From positions 153 to 64,152 of the forward strand of contig CAZBMS010000002.1 in the NCBI GenBank assembly GCA_964493125.1: a stretch of DNA of 64,000 bases, in the 5' to 3' direction. This DNA comes from an uncultured Dehalococcoidia bacterium (GTDB lineage Bacteria > Chloroflexota > Dehalococcoidia > Lucifugimonadales > QGNO01). Both the position numbers and the translations under genes were made by a program. Position 1 is the stretch's first letter. The number at the start of each line of letters is the position of its first letter. Under the pieces are notes generated by a model. It was not told where the DNA came from. It searched no databases and saw nothing but the letters and a program-made list of their open reading frames with translations. Below, one piece after another: positions 27,558-37,051 of this stretch.

Positions 27558-29402
27558 ATGTTTATAGATTACAAGTCCAAACCGCAGTCTGAACCAACTT
27601 ACGAAGTACACATAGAGAAAGATCTTATGGTGCCTATGCGTGACGGTGTTCATCTGGCAACAGACGTATATCGTCCCTCATCAAACGGTAAACCGATAGA
27701 TCAATCATTTCCTGTACTACTGGAACGTACCCCTTACGATAAATCTGCTCGGGGCGCAAGCGATCTTGCTCAATATTTTGTCGAGCGCGGATACGTAATG
27801 GTACGGCAAGATAACCGTGGGAGATATGAATCGGAGGGGAGCTTCACAAAGTACGTCGACGATGCAAATGACGGATACGATTGCCTTAAGTGGATTGGGG
27901 AGCAGTCTTGGTGTAATGGCAAAGTTGGTACCTATGGAACTTCATACGGAGCACATACACAAGGATCAATGGCTTCAACTAATCCTCCCTACTTAGGCGC
28001 TATGATATTAGATAGTGGCGCCTTTTCAAACGCATACATGTCATCTTGCAGGCACAATGGTGCTTTCGAGTTAAGACAAGTCACATGGGCTTTCAATCAA
28101 GCCCTGGTAAGCAAAGAAGCTGAAGAAAATCCTGTAATAAAAGCCTCATTAGAATCGACCAATATAACCGACTGGTTCAGCAGAATGCCATGGAAGAAGG
28201 GGCTTTCTCCACTGAAGTGGGTCCCAGATTATGAGGATTACCTCTTAGAGATATGGACTCACAGCACGTACGACGATTACTGGAAACAACGTGGGTTGTG
28301 CGCAGAGGAGTATTACGATGAGTGGTCGGATGTGCCACAGCTTCATTTTGGAAGTTGGTACGATTCCTACACACGCACAACTTGTGATAACTACACTGCG
28401 CTCTCAAAAATTAAGGAGGGACCTATCCATCTTCTTATGGGGCCATGGACTCACGGGCAACGTTCGCTGAGCTTTTCCGGCGATGTTGATTTTGGCAAAT
28501 CAGCAACTTTGGATAGTAATCTGGCTGAAACCTACGATAGCTTTCGATTGAATTGGTTTGATGCGTGGTTCAAGGGATTGGAAAACGGAGTCTCTAAACA
28601 GCCGCCAGTACTTATATTTGTAATGGGCGGCGGCAACGGAAAAATGAACTCTGAAGGAAGGCTAAATCATGGCGGGAATTGGAGATTTGAAAACGAGTGG
28701 CCTTTAAAACGTACCAAATACATAAACTACTATCTTCAATTAGACGGGACCCTCACTACAATTTTGCCCGAAGCTATTAACTCTTCTTCCAGATATCAAT
28801 TTGATCCTGAAAATCCAGTGCCTACTATAGGCGGCAGCATGTCTTCAGGTCCAGGAATTCTAGATCCAGGTGCTTACCACCAAGCGGAGAGAGCAGATAA
28901 GCTGGGTAGTAAGGAACCTTACCTTCCTCTTTCATCACGACAGGACGTACTCGTTTTTCAAACTCCACCACTGGCACATGACGTAGAAATAACAGGTCCA
29001 ATCACTATCAATTTATGGATATCATCTTCAGCTAAAGATACTGACTTCACTGCTAAGCTGTTAGATATATATCCACCAAGTGCAGACTACCCTGATGGCT
29101 TCGACATGAATTTGACCGACAGCATAATGAGAACTCGCTTCAGGGAATCTTGGGAAAATCCTGAACTAATGCATCCTGGAAATATTTATAAGATCTCATT
29201 CCCTCTTTTCCCTACTAGCAACCTATTCAAAAAGGGGCACAGAATACGAGTTGATATTTCAAGCTCAAATTTCCCAAGGTTCGATGTTAATCCCAATACA
29301 GGGGAACCTCTAGGTGCAAACCGTCTCCAGTACATCGCTGAGAACGCCGTATATCACGACTCGAAACATCCTTCACACATTATATTGCCAATTGTCGAAT
29401 AA
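27558..29402 (+). CDS. CocE/NonD family hydrolase (S15 X-Pro dipeptidyl-peptidase-like)
   Basis: LERTPYDK near the N-terminus, nucleophile motif GTSYGA, and a C-terminal jelly-roll domain region (NFPRFDVNPNTG). The ATG at 27558 has a GAAGGA SD upstream; the track start TTG at 27540 is less likely. Confidence 0.85.
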   Translation: MFIDYKSKPQSEPTYEVHIEKDLMVPMRDGVHLATDVYRPSSNGKPIDQSFPVLLERTPYDKSARGASDLAQYFVERGYVMVRQDNRGRYESEGSFTKYVDDANDGYDCLKWIGEQSWCNGKVGTYGTSYGAHTQGSMASTNPPYLGAMILDSGAFSNAYMSSCRHNGAFELRQVTWAFNQALVSKEAEENPVIKASLESTNITDWFSRMPWKKGLSPLKWVPDYEDYLLEIWTHSTYDDYWKQRGLCAEEYYDEWSDVPQLHFGSWYDSYTRTTCDNYTALSKIKEGPIHLLMGPWTHGQRSLSFSGDVDFGKSATLDSNLAETYDSFRLNWFDAWFKGLENGVSKQPPVLIFVMGGGNGKMNSEGRLNHGGNWRFENEWPLKRTKYINYYLQLDGTLTTILPEAINSSSRYQFDPENPVPTIGGSMSSGPGILDPGAYHQAERADKLGSKEPYLPLSSRQDVLVFQTPPLAHDVEITGPITINLWISSSAKDTDFTAKLLDIYPPSADYPDGFDMNLTDSIMRTRFRESWENPELMHPGNIYKISFPLFPTSNLFKKGHRIRVDISSSNFPRFDVNPNTGEPLGANRLQYIAENAVYHDSKHPSHIILPIVE

Positions 29403-29413
29403 AAGACTTTTGC

Positions 29414-30238
29414 TTAACTCCGTATCCAGCCAATCTCTTTGGCTAACAGATCGAGGTCAAAGTTCTCCAACCTTGACCTAAGGTCTATATAAACGACAGC
29501 TGTACCCACATAAAAGAACGGAGTAACTATTGCAATTCCAAGTGTTTGGAAAAGGCCTCCAAGGATGGTCGCTTCGCCAAAAACTAACTGAGTAAAAAAT
29601 CCAATAATTAATACTGCTAGAGCTTCTATAGCCACAAATACTGTGCCAACGCCTAAAAGCCTAACCCAATCTCGCTTTACTAAATACCAACTCCTCACCA
29701 GAGCTTCCATAGGTCCTTTCTTGTCCAGAACGACAGCCTGAACATAAAAGCCCCAAACAAGCAGGATGAATATTACTATCGGAATACCAATACCTATGGT
29801 ACTTAACAATAGTGCGACCAACATTGCTGTTGAAAATATAACCGTGTTGGACAAAAGTGAACGCGATGTTCTAATGGCTTCTTGATACCCCATCAAAGCT
29901 GTGCATTTGTAACCAAGGTATCTAGTCGCAACGATATATGTTGTCGCGGCATTCGCAAATTGACCTATCAAGAATCCAAATATTACAACCACAAAAAACA
30001 ATGTCAGAGATGCAGTAGTAGGCAAAAAGACCGTTAACAAAAATGGGAGGTTCGCAATCACAGATACCTTCAGCAACATCGCTAAGTTGAGCCAATATAT
30101 CCTAAGCGTCTCAGTTACTAAAACTCCGATATCTTTCGGGCGGAGAGATTCATCTGTGCTATCTAGTATGGGAACAGGAGGAAGGGTATACAATGGTTCT
30201 GGCCCACCCCCATCAAACTCATCCGACGACAACCGCAC
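29414..30238 (-). CDS. Multi-pass membrane protein, probably with an N-terminal zinc-ribbon encoded upstream of the track start
   Basis: 274 aa from the GTG at 30238, with about 6 TM helices. The same frame stays open upstream to 30337 and encodes CLICEFENSDKADYCRQCG, so the true start is probably upstream (see findings). Confidence 0.6.
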   Translation of the reverse strand: MRLSSDEFDGGGPEPLYTLPPVPILDSTDESLRPKDIGVLVTETLRIYWLNLAMLLKVSVIANLPFLLTVFLPTTASLTLFFVVVIFGFLIGQFANAATTYIVATRYLGYKCTALMGYQEAIRTSRSLLSNTVIFSTAMLVALLLSTIGIGIPIVIFILLVWGFYVQAVVLDKKGPMEALVRSWYLVKRDWVRLLGVGTVFVAIEALAVLIIGFFTQLVFGEATILGGLFQTLGIAIVTPFFYVGTAVVYIDLRSRLENFDLDLLAKEIGWIRS

Positions 30239-30332
30239 ACCGCATTGGCGACAATAGTCAGCTTTGTCACTATTTTCAAATTCACAAATTAAGCAGTTCA
30301 GACTTTCAACCTCTTCGTTGGAAGTATCGTGG

Positions 30333-31667
30333 TTAGACTATCCCTTCTTCTCGCATATTCGAAAAGCCTTCCTCGTAGGCTGCAATAGTGAAGTCGATAT
30401 CAGCCTCCTGATGCTTCGCCGATACAATCATCGTTTTCCACATTGGGTCTACTCCAGCATTGAGCAGACTGATTTTTATACCACTAAGTTTTTCTGGAGT
30501 CATTGCTGCCCGTATTTCTGAATGGGGCATATCATTTATGGCTTCAGGGTCCGTTGGAGTACCCATAGTCAGGTGCACCAGAGAAGCGACTCCATAAGCA
30601 CACCCTGGAATTTCCAATCTAGCCATCACATTGTTAATGCCAGACTTAAGTCTTGTCGCCATAGCCTCAGCATGAGCATTAGCATTGGTATTAGCTACCA
30701 ACTCCAAAGCGGTGGACCCAGCAGCAGCTGACAATGGATTAGCATTGAAAGTGCCCGGGTGAGGAACTCGCCTATTAGAATCCCAATCCGCATCTCCTCT
30801 GCGTTGGATCATGTCTAATATTCCACTCTTTCCAGCAACGGCTCCTCCTGGTAAGCCTCCACCCAATACCTTAGCTAGCGATGTAAGATCAGGGGTCACG
30901 CCAAATCTAGCCTGTGCTCCACCTGGTGATGAACGGAAGCCTGTTACTACTTCATCAAATAGTAAAACTACTCCCCGTTGTTCGGTTATTGCCCTCAATT
31001 CCTCCAAAAAAGCAGGCTTTATAGGTGAAACTCCCATATGGGCACCAGTGGGCTCCAAAATTATAGCCGCTATATCATCATCAGCATCGAGTGCCATTTC
31101 AACAGCGTTAATATCATTGACTTCAGGAAGAACAATCATGCTTTCCCAGGTACTTGCGGGTATTCCAGGTCCAAATTCATTACCATTAGCCGCTGCATAG
31201 TCGTGCCAACCATGAAAGTGATCAAAGAATTTTATGATCTTGTTCTTGCCTGTGTAAGCACGCGCAAGCCTCATTGCCATCATAGTCGCTTCCGTACCCG
31301 AACTTGTAAACCGTACTTTTTCGGCAGAGGGTATCAATTTGGTTACAAGCTCTCCCCATTTTATTTCGACCTCAGTATTGGCACCGAAATGCGTACCACG
31401 CGCGACGTGGTCACTAACCGCTTTAACGATTGCAGGATGGGAATGCCCTAACAAGAGTGAGCCATGTCCAGAGACATAGTCAATGTATTCATTGCCGTCA
31501 ACGTCCCACTTTCTAGCGCCTTCGGCGTGAGTAGCGTAAATGGGGAAAGGAGCTAGATAGCGGGTCTCATGTGTTACCCCATCCGGGAAAAGCCCTTTTG
31601 AGCGCTCCTCATACAATTGTCTTGAAGTAGGATGAAGATCGTAGAACCTCTCAGTTATGCTAGCCAT
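30333..31667 (-). CDS. Class III (aspartate aminotransferase family) PLP-dependent aminotransferase, glutamate-1-semialdehyde aminomutase-like
   Basis: SGTEATMMAMRLARAYTG, FDEVVTGFR and the PLP-Lys region TSLAKVLGGGLP. 444 aa. Confidence 0.85.
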   Translation of the reverse strand: MASITERFYDLHPTSRQLYEERSKGLFPDGVTHETRYLAPFPIYATHAEGARKWDVDGNEYIDYVSGHGSLLLGHSHPAIVKAVSDHVARGTHFGANTEVEIKWGELVTKLIPSAEKVRFTSSGTEATMMAMRLARAYTGKNKIIKFFDHFHGWHDYAAANGNEFGPGIPASTWESMIVLPEVNDINAVEMALDADDDIAAIILEPTGAHMGVSPIKPAFLEELRAITEQRGVVLLFDEVVTGFRSSPGGAQARFGVTPDLTSLAKVLGGGLPGGAVAGKSGILDMIQRRGDADWDSNRRVPHPGTFNANPLSAAAGSTALELVANTNANAHAEAMATRLKSGINNVMARLEIPGCAYGVASLVHLTMGTPTDPEAINDMPHSEIRAAMTPEKLSGIKISLLNAGVDPMWKTMIVSAKHQEADIDFTIAAYEEGFSNMREEGIV

Positions 31668-31830
31668 TTGCCCCTCCTAAAGAAATCAAAGCTTTCGACA
31701 CAACAACTCAGATTTCGTTATTGTAGAACACGTAGGTGGACTTGGGAAGAGCGATATGAGTTCATGAAAGGCAGTTATGATATTATTGAAATCTGACAAC
31801 ATAATGCGGCTACTTGTCACTTAGCAGTTA

Positions 31831-31859
31831 TTGACAGATAGGAATGCTCACAATATGAT
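31831..31859 (+). promoter_or_regulatory. Putative sigma70-type promoter
   Basis: TTGACA, a 17-nt spacer, then TATGAT, 68 nt upstream of the ATG at 31927, which has an AAGGAGG SD. Confidence 0.45.
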
Positions 31860-31926
31860 CGTCTCAATTTACTGGCAGTCAACCTGACAACTTGCGAAAA
31901 CGCAGGCACGGCATAAGGAGGCATCT

Positions 31927-32406
31927 ATGGCTGAGTCTAAGGAAGTCAAACAGTGGGTGGGCCTTCTCACATCAAAAGAAGACTCGCGCCAATCAAAAAT
32001 GAAAGCCAGATACACTGAGCTAGCTGGCTTATCCGAAGAGGACCGGGTCAAACAGGTAACTGATATGGCTCGAGCAGAGCATGAACTAGATGAAGATAAA
32101 CTGCATGTGTTCACTAAGAGCAGGCTCGAGACCTGGATTTCAATGGATGCTGACAAGGCAGAATCGGTAGCTAGGGCTTATGACGAAGCGATGAAAAACC
32201 TACCTGGCACATTAGCTATGCGTCGAGTAGGCGCCGTACAAACCATAGCAAGAGATTTAGAAACGGAAAAAGTGGAAAGGCTGTACGAATTACTTCCATC
32301 TCTGCTCAAAGAAAACCCTAGAGCTGTAATCACCTCACTGGGCACTTCGGTTGAAAAGAAGCCAAAGCCGGAGAAAAAGACTAAGCGCAAATTCTTGTTT
32401 TTTTAG
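31927..32406 (+). CDS. Hypothetical protein, charged/helical with basic C-terminal tail
   Basis: 159 aa ORF with a strong SD (AAGGAGG) and an upstream promoter-like element. I recognise no family motif. Confidence 0.5.
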   Translation: MAESKEVKQWVGLLTSKEDSRQSKMKARYTELAGLSEEDRVKQVTDMARAEHELDEDKLHVFTKSRLETWISMDADKAESVARAYDEAMKNLPGTLAMRRVGAVQTIARDLETEKVERLYELLPSLLKENPRAVITSLGTSVEKKPKPEKKTKRKFLFF

Positions 32407-32500
32407 TAAGTAACCTCTGAGGTGCAAACAGTGTTAAGATACCCCACGGGGTCTTCGGCTTCTGGTTATTCGAGAATCAAGTTTATTCGCATTTAGTACT

Positions 32501-33460
32501 ATGAAACCACCCATCATTCTGGGCGTTGACATCGGTGGCACCAAAGTAATTGCGAGTCTCGTTTCTGCGACAGGCGAAGTCGTGGCAACAACGAGTTTCC
32601 CAAGCGGTTATGAATTTTCCGTAGTTCAGTTCACGGAATGCATCTCAACCAGTTTAACGCACCTTCAAGCAGTATCTGGAGAAAATCCTGTAGCTGTAGG
32701 AGTTGGAGCAGCCGGCCTGATTGAAAAAAACAGTGGAGTGATTACAACTTCCCCAAACCTTAAGAATTGGACAGGGGTTCCTCTGAAACAAATTCTACAA
32801 GATGCTTTCAGCATCCCTAGCTTAGTAACAAATGATGTGCATGCTGCAGCATTCTCAGAATGGAATATCGGATCTGGCAAAGATACGAACGACGTAGCCT
32901 GTTTATTTGTTGGTACCGGTATCGGTTGTGGAATAGTAACGGAAGGTAGACTGCTACTTGGCAAATCAGGCCATGCAGGAGAATTAGGCCATGCCACGAT
33001 TGATGTTAACGGACCAATTTGTAGATGCGGAAACCGAGGTTGCTTAGAATCACTCGCAGGGGGATGGGGGATAGGATCCAGAGCACAGAAAGCAGTGAAA
33101 CTAGACAAGGTAGCTGGCACCACCATGCTCGAAATCGCCCATGGAAAAATCGAGGATGTAAGTGCCAAAACTGTATCTCAAGCATTCCAACAAAATGATC
33201 TATTAGCTACAGAGATAATGAATAATACTGCGGAATACTTGGCCGTAGGAGTTAAGTCTATCGTAAACATTTTCAATCCAAGTAAAATCGTTCTCGGTGG
33301 CGGAGTTATAGAAGGCACAGAAAAACTAATAGACATGATAAGAGATCGTTCGATTAACGCACTAGATGACGAAGTTGAAATTGTGAAAAGCGAACTAGGC
33401 AGTTTTGCAACCGTAGTAGGAGCTGCCTTAATGGCAACAGCGGTTATTACAACTCAGTAA
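32501..33460 (+). CDS. ROK family sugar kinase (glucokinase-like)
   Basis: N-terminal ILGVDIGGTKV ATP-binding motif, the ROK zinc motif CRCGNRGCLES, and GHAGELGH. Confidence 0.85.
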   Translation: MKPPIILGVDIGGTKVIASLVSATGEVVATTSFPSGYEFSVVQFTECISTSLTHLQAVSGENPVAVGVGAAGLIEKNSGVITTSPNLKNWTGVPLKQILQDAFSIPSLVTNDVHAAAFSEWNIGSGKDTNDVACLFVGTGIGCGIVTEGRLLLGKSGHAGELGHATIDVNGPICRCGNRGCLESLAGGWGIGSRAQKAVKLDKVAGTTMLEIAHGKIEDVSAKTVSQAFQQNDLLATEIMNNTAEYLAVGVKSIVNIFNPSKIVLGGGVIEGTEKLIDMIRDRSINALDDEVEIVKSELGSFATVVGAALMATAVITTQ

Positions 33461-33542
33461 AAAAATTATCAGAATATACCAATTGTCACATAAATCAATT
33501 TCAATCTTAAATAATGGTACAATTGCGACCTTGGATTGAATC

Positions 33543-36224
33543 ATGATTACCTACAACAGCGATACAGAATTCCCAAAAGCGTATGACCACCATCTCGTTG
33601 AGGAGAAGCTCTATCAATTTTGGCAGGACAAGGGCTACTTTACTCCTATTATAGATCGAGGTAAGAATCCGTTTGTAATTATCATGCCCCCACCCAATGT
33701 CACTGGACAACTGCACTTGGGACATGCATTAACGGCTTCAATCCAAGATGCGATGGCCCGTTGGCACCGAATGAAAGGAGACCCTACTTTATGGCTACCC
33801 GGCACAGATCACGCCGGCATTGCGACCCAAGTTGTGGTGGAACGGACTATTTTAGGAAATGAAGGCAAAACCCGGCACGAACTTGGTCGAGAAAAGTTTA
33901 CAGAAAAAGTCTGGGACTGGGTGTCGGAATATGGCAACACAATTGACAGGCAACATCAACGTCTTGGTGCTTCTTGTGACTGGACTCGGAAAAGGTTTAC
34001 CCTCGATCCAGCACCTAGCAAAGCCGTCCTACATACTTTTGTAAATTTGTACCGTAAAGGGTTAATTTACCAAGGTGAGCGTATAATCAACTGGTGTCCA
34101 CGCTGTGAGACTGCTCTGTCCGATTTAGAGGTAAAGCACCAAGATGAGGATGGAAACCTAGTACACATCCGTTACCCTATACAAGACAGCAAACAACATA
34201 TCATCGTAGCAACAACCCGCCCCGAAACAATGTTAGGAGATACGGCAATCGCGGTGCATCCAGATAATCTGGAATACGCAAATCTCGTTGGAAAGAAAGT
34301 AGTACTGCCTATAACCCAAAGAGTAGTTCCTATCATTGCAGATGAAGCTGTGGAGATAGGATTTGGAACGGGGGCCCTTAAAGTCACGCCAGGGCATGAT
34401 CCTGTAGACTTCGAAATAGGTCAAAGACATAATCTTTCAATAGTAAATATCATGAACCAAGACGGGACCCTTAATGAAGAAGCTGGCCCCTACGTTGGTC
34501 TGAACATCCAGGATGCACGTAAGGCTGTAATGGAAAGACTCAGCCAGGAAGGACTATTAGACAAAACTGAAGCCCATCAAATGTCCATAGGCCATTGTGA
34601 CCGTTGTGACTCGGTTGTGGAACCAGTAGTTAGTAAACAGTGGTTTATGAAAATGAAGCCGCTTGCTAAACCAGCAATAGAAGCGATTAACGATGGCAGT
34701 ATAAGCATCGTCCCACAACGCTTTACACGTGTTTACCTAAATTGGATGGAAAACATAAGGGACTGGTGTATAAGTCGGCAAATATGGTGGGGACATAGAA
34801 TACCAGTCTGGTATTGCGAAACATGTGAAGAGATCACCGTTGAAATAGAAACTCCAATACAGTGCGAGAGTTGCGGGTCAACTGCAATTAAACAAGATCC
34901 TGACGTTTTGGATACTTGGTTTAGCTCGGGATTGTGGACTCACTCCACTTTAGGGTGGCCCGAAAAAACAGAAGATCTGAGTTACTTTTATCCATCCACA
35001 GTGATGGAGACAGGCCATGACATTTTGTTCTTTTGGGTTGCCAGGATGATAATGCTGGGCCTAGAGAATACTGGCAAAATTCCATTCAAAACAATTTATC
35101 TGCATGGCTTGGTATTGGATGCTCAAGGATCCAAAATGAGCAAGAGTAGAGGCAATGTGCTGGATCCCCTGCAGCTAATTGAAACATACGGAGCAGATGC
35201 TTTGCGTTTTGCTCTAACAACAGGTACTACACCAGGAAATGATAGTCGTCTGAGTGATGACAAGCTAGATGGGGCACGCAATTTCGCCAACAAGCTATGG
35301 AACATAAGCCGATTCGTGGTGGGCTCATTGAAACAGGCAAGAACACTTTCTGGATGGGCTACCTTACAAAACTTAACACACCGTGAAGATAGATGGATAC
35401 TAAGCAGGCATAACAGATTGATTGAGAGGGTAGATCAACTCATTAGTGACTTTCAATTTGGGGAGGCTCAAAGAGAGCTTTACAGCTTTGTATGGGCTGA
35501 GTTCGCTGATTGGTATATCGAAATGGCTAAAGTGAGGATAGGCGAAGGGGATCAACAGCCGGCCATCGTGCTCGGTCATGTTTTGGAAAGTACCCTAAGG
35601 CTTTTGCATCCTTTTATGCCATTCCTAACCGAGGAACTTTGGCAAAGATTAACGAGCGTACTTCCTAAAGATGAATCTGAATCTGAATCTGAATCAATCT
35701 CCATAGCTCCATATCCTCTTCATATGAATACCTTCATTGAAACAGAGGCGGAACATGAACTTGAAACAATAATAGGAATAATTCATGGTGTGCGAAATCT
35801 CCGAGCTGAACTAAAAGTAGAGGCTCAACATACATTAGAAGCCATAATTACAACTGATTCTGCCATCACAACAATAAGCGAAGAGTGTGAGGCGATAAGA
35901 AAACTAGCCCGTATTAACGTGATAGATATCATTCCATCGAGTCAAGAATTTGATAAAAGTGGGGCCGTTTCACTAGTAGTAGGAAATGCTACTGTGTTCA
36001 TCTATATGCCAGATACCTTCGATTTAAGTTCTGAACAGAATCGGCTGAAACAAGAGCTTCTAGCAACAGAGAAGTTGAGTAAAAGCCTAAATACCAGAAT
36101 TAATGACACTAATTTCACGTCTCGCGCGCCAATCGAAGTGGTAGAACGAGAACGAGAACGTTTAGAAACATCGCTTGAAAGGGAAAACCGCATAAGAGAA
36201 CTTATTATACAATTGGGTGTGTGA
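33543..36224 (+). CDS. valS: Valine--tRNA ligase
   Basis: Class I HIGH-type motif PPPNVTGQLHLGHA, KMSKS, a CP1 editing domain, and a C-terminal coiled coil. 893 aa. Confidence 0.95.
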   Translation: MITYNSDTEFPKAYDHHLVEEKLYQFWQDKGYFTPIIDRGKNPFVIIMPPPNVTGQLHLGHALTASIQDAMARWHRMKGDPTLWLPGTDHAGIATQVVVERTILGNEGKTRHELGREKFTEKVWDWVSEYGNTIDRQHQRLGASCDWTRKRFTLDPAPSKAVLHTFVNLYRKGLIYQGERIINWCPRCETALSDLEVKHQDEDGNLVHIRYPIQDSKQHIIVATTRPETMLGDTAIAVHPDNLEYANLVGKKVVLPITQRVVPIIADEAVEIGFGTGALKVTPGHDPVDFEIGQRHNLSIVNIMNQDGTLNEEAGPYVGLNIQDARKAVMERLSQEGLLDKTEAHQMSIGHCDRCDSVVEPVVSKQWFMKMKPLAKPAIEAINDGSISIVPQRFTRVYLNWMENIRDWCISRQIWWGHRIPVWYCETCEEITVEIETPIQCESCGSTAIKQDPDVLDTWFSSGLWTHSTLGWPEKTEDLSYFYPSTVMETGHDILFFWVARMIMLGLENTGKIPFKTIYLHGLVLDAQGSKMSKSRGNVLDPLQLIETYGADALRFALTTGTTPGNDSRLSDDKLDGARNFANKLWNISRFVVGSLKQARTLSGWATLQNLTHREDRWILSRHNRLIERVDQLISDFQFGEAQRELYSFVWAEFADWYIEMAKVRIGEGDQQPAIVLGHVLESTLRLLHPFMPFLTEELWQRLTSVLPKDESESESESISIAPYPLHMNTFIETEAEHELETIIGIIHGVRNLRAELKVEAQHTLEAIITTDSAITTISEECEAIRKLARINVIDIIPSSQEFDKSGAVSLVVGNATVFIYMPDTFDLSSEQNRLKQELLATEKLSKSLNTRINDTNFTSRAPIEVVERERERLETSLERENRIRELIIQLGV
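35673..35696 (+). repeat. Hexanucleotide tandem repeat (GAATCT x3 plus GAATCA) inside valS
   Basis: Read directly: gaatctgaatctgaatctgaatca, encoding ESESESES. Confidence 0.9.
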
Positions 36225-36280
36225 GGATAAATTACTTCAGATATTTATTCCTTCAGTTAACATTCTACAAACGGGAAGTT

Positions 36281-36970
36281 TTAAGAATGGTCAAGCATCA
36301 GAGACAACCTGACTAACCCTTTCTTTGTATCACTAGCAACCCTGGCGCTTTCAGAAGATTGAACTCTTCTACTGAATAACCAATATGTAAACTCTTTCAG
36401 TTCTGTAATCGTCGTGGAATTTCGGTCAGTTCGCCCCAATTCCTTCCGGAAGGATCTAAATAGAACCCTTTGTGTATCACCGTAAATATACTCAAACGCC
36501 TTGTCAGATATGTCATCCAAATCGGGCAGGCTAAGCGAGCGACGCTCCTTTCTAATCGAATCCTCAATTGACAAGATAAGAGCCTGTTCAACCGTGATTC
36601 CATAATAGTAATTTAGTAAAGGAACTCGCTTCTCAGAACCGATCAATTTATCAAAGCCCTCCTCTGTAAATTGATCTGGGAAATGACCATCGAACAATAG
36701 AGCCGTCTTCTCATCCTCCGGGACCAGATCGTTGATATCATCTAGGAGTCTCGCGGCAAGAGTAAGCCAATCGAACGCCTCACCGAGCAAAAGATATTTA
36801 TAATGAACGCCTTTAACCTTCTCTTCTGCTAAAGGCCACTCCCTAACGGCATTTAGTAGAGCTTCAGGCCAAGCAATACCGCTAACTATAGCAACTCTCA
36901 AATCACTTATAATATCGCGGGGCATCAATCCGACCACTTCGGTTTTTTCGGAGTTAATAACTATTGTCAT
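36281..36970 (-). CDS. Hypothetical protein (229 aa), downstream of secA on the same strand
   Basis: Long ORF on the same strand as secA. Soluble, acidic and helical-looking. I recognise no family motif. Confidence 0.55.
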   Translation of the reverse strand: MTIVINSEKTEVVGLMPRDIISDLRVAIVSGIAWPEALLNAVREWPLAEEKVKGVHYKYLLLGEAFDWLTLAARLLDDINDLVPEDEKTALLFDGHFPDQFTEEGFDKLIGSEKRVPLLNYYYGITVEQALILSIEDSIRKERRSLSLPDLDDISDKAFEYIYGDTQRVLFRSFRKELGRTDRNSTTITELKEFTYWLFSRRVQSSESARVASDTKKGLVRLSLMLDHS

Positions 36971-37015
36971 CGTTCAATAAAATCTTTAAAAGGAAAACCC
37001 AATACTGCCTCAATG

Positions 37016-37046
37016 AAGAATGGGCCGTCAATCAACCCCCATTCTT
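37016..37046 (-). terminator. Stem-loop between secA stop and next gene (possible partial terminator or processing site)
   Basis: A perfect 9-bp inverted repeat, aagaatggg (37016-37024) and cccattctt (37038-37046), with a 13-nt loop. There is no clean U-tract directly after it. Confidence 0.3.
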
Positions 37047-37051
37047 AGACT

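Noticed and set aside
33461-33542. T-box leaders upstream of valS (and leuS, 46314-46465).
   Set aside because: The spacers are too short (82 and about 150 nt), and no T-box consensus (AAnnnGGGTGGnACCGCG) is present.
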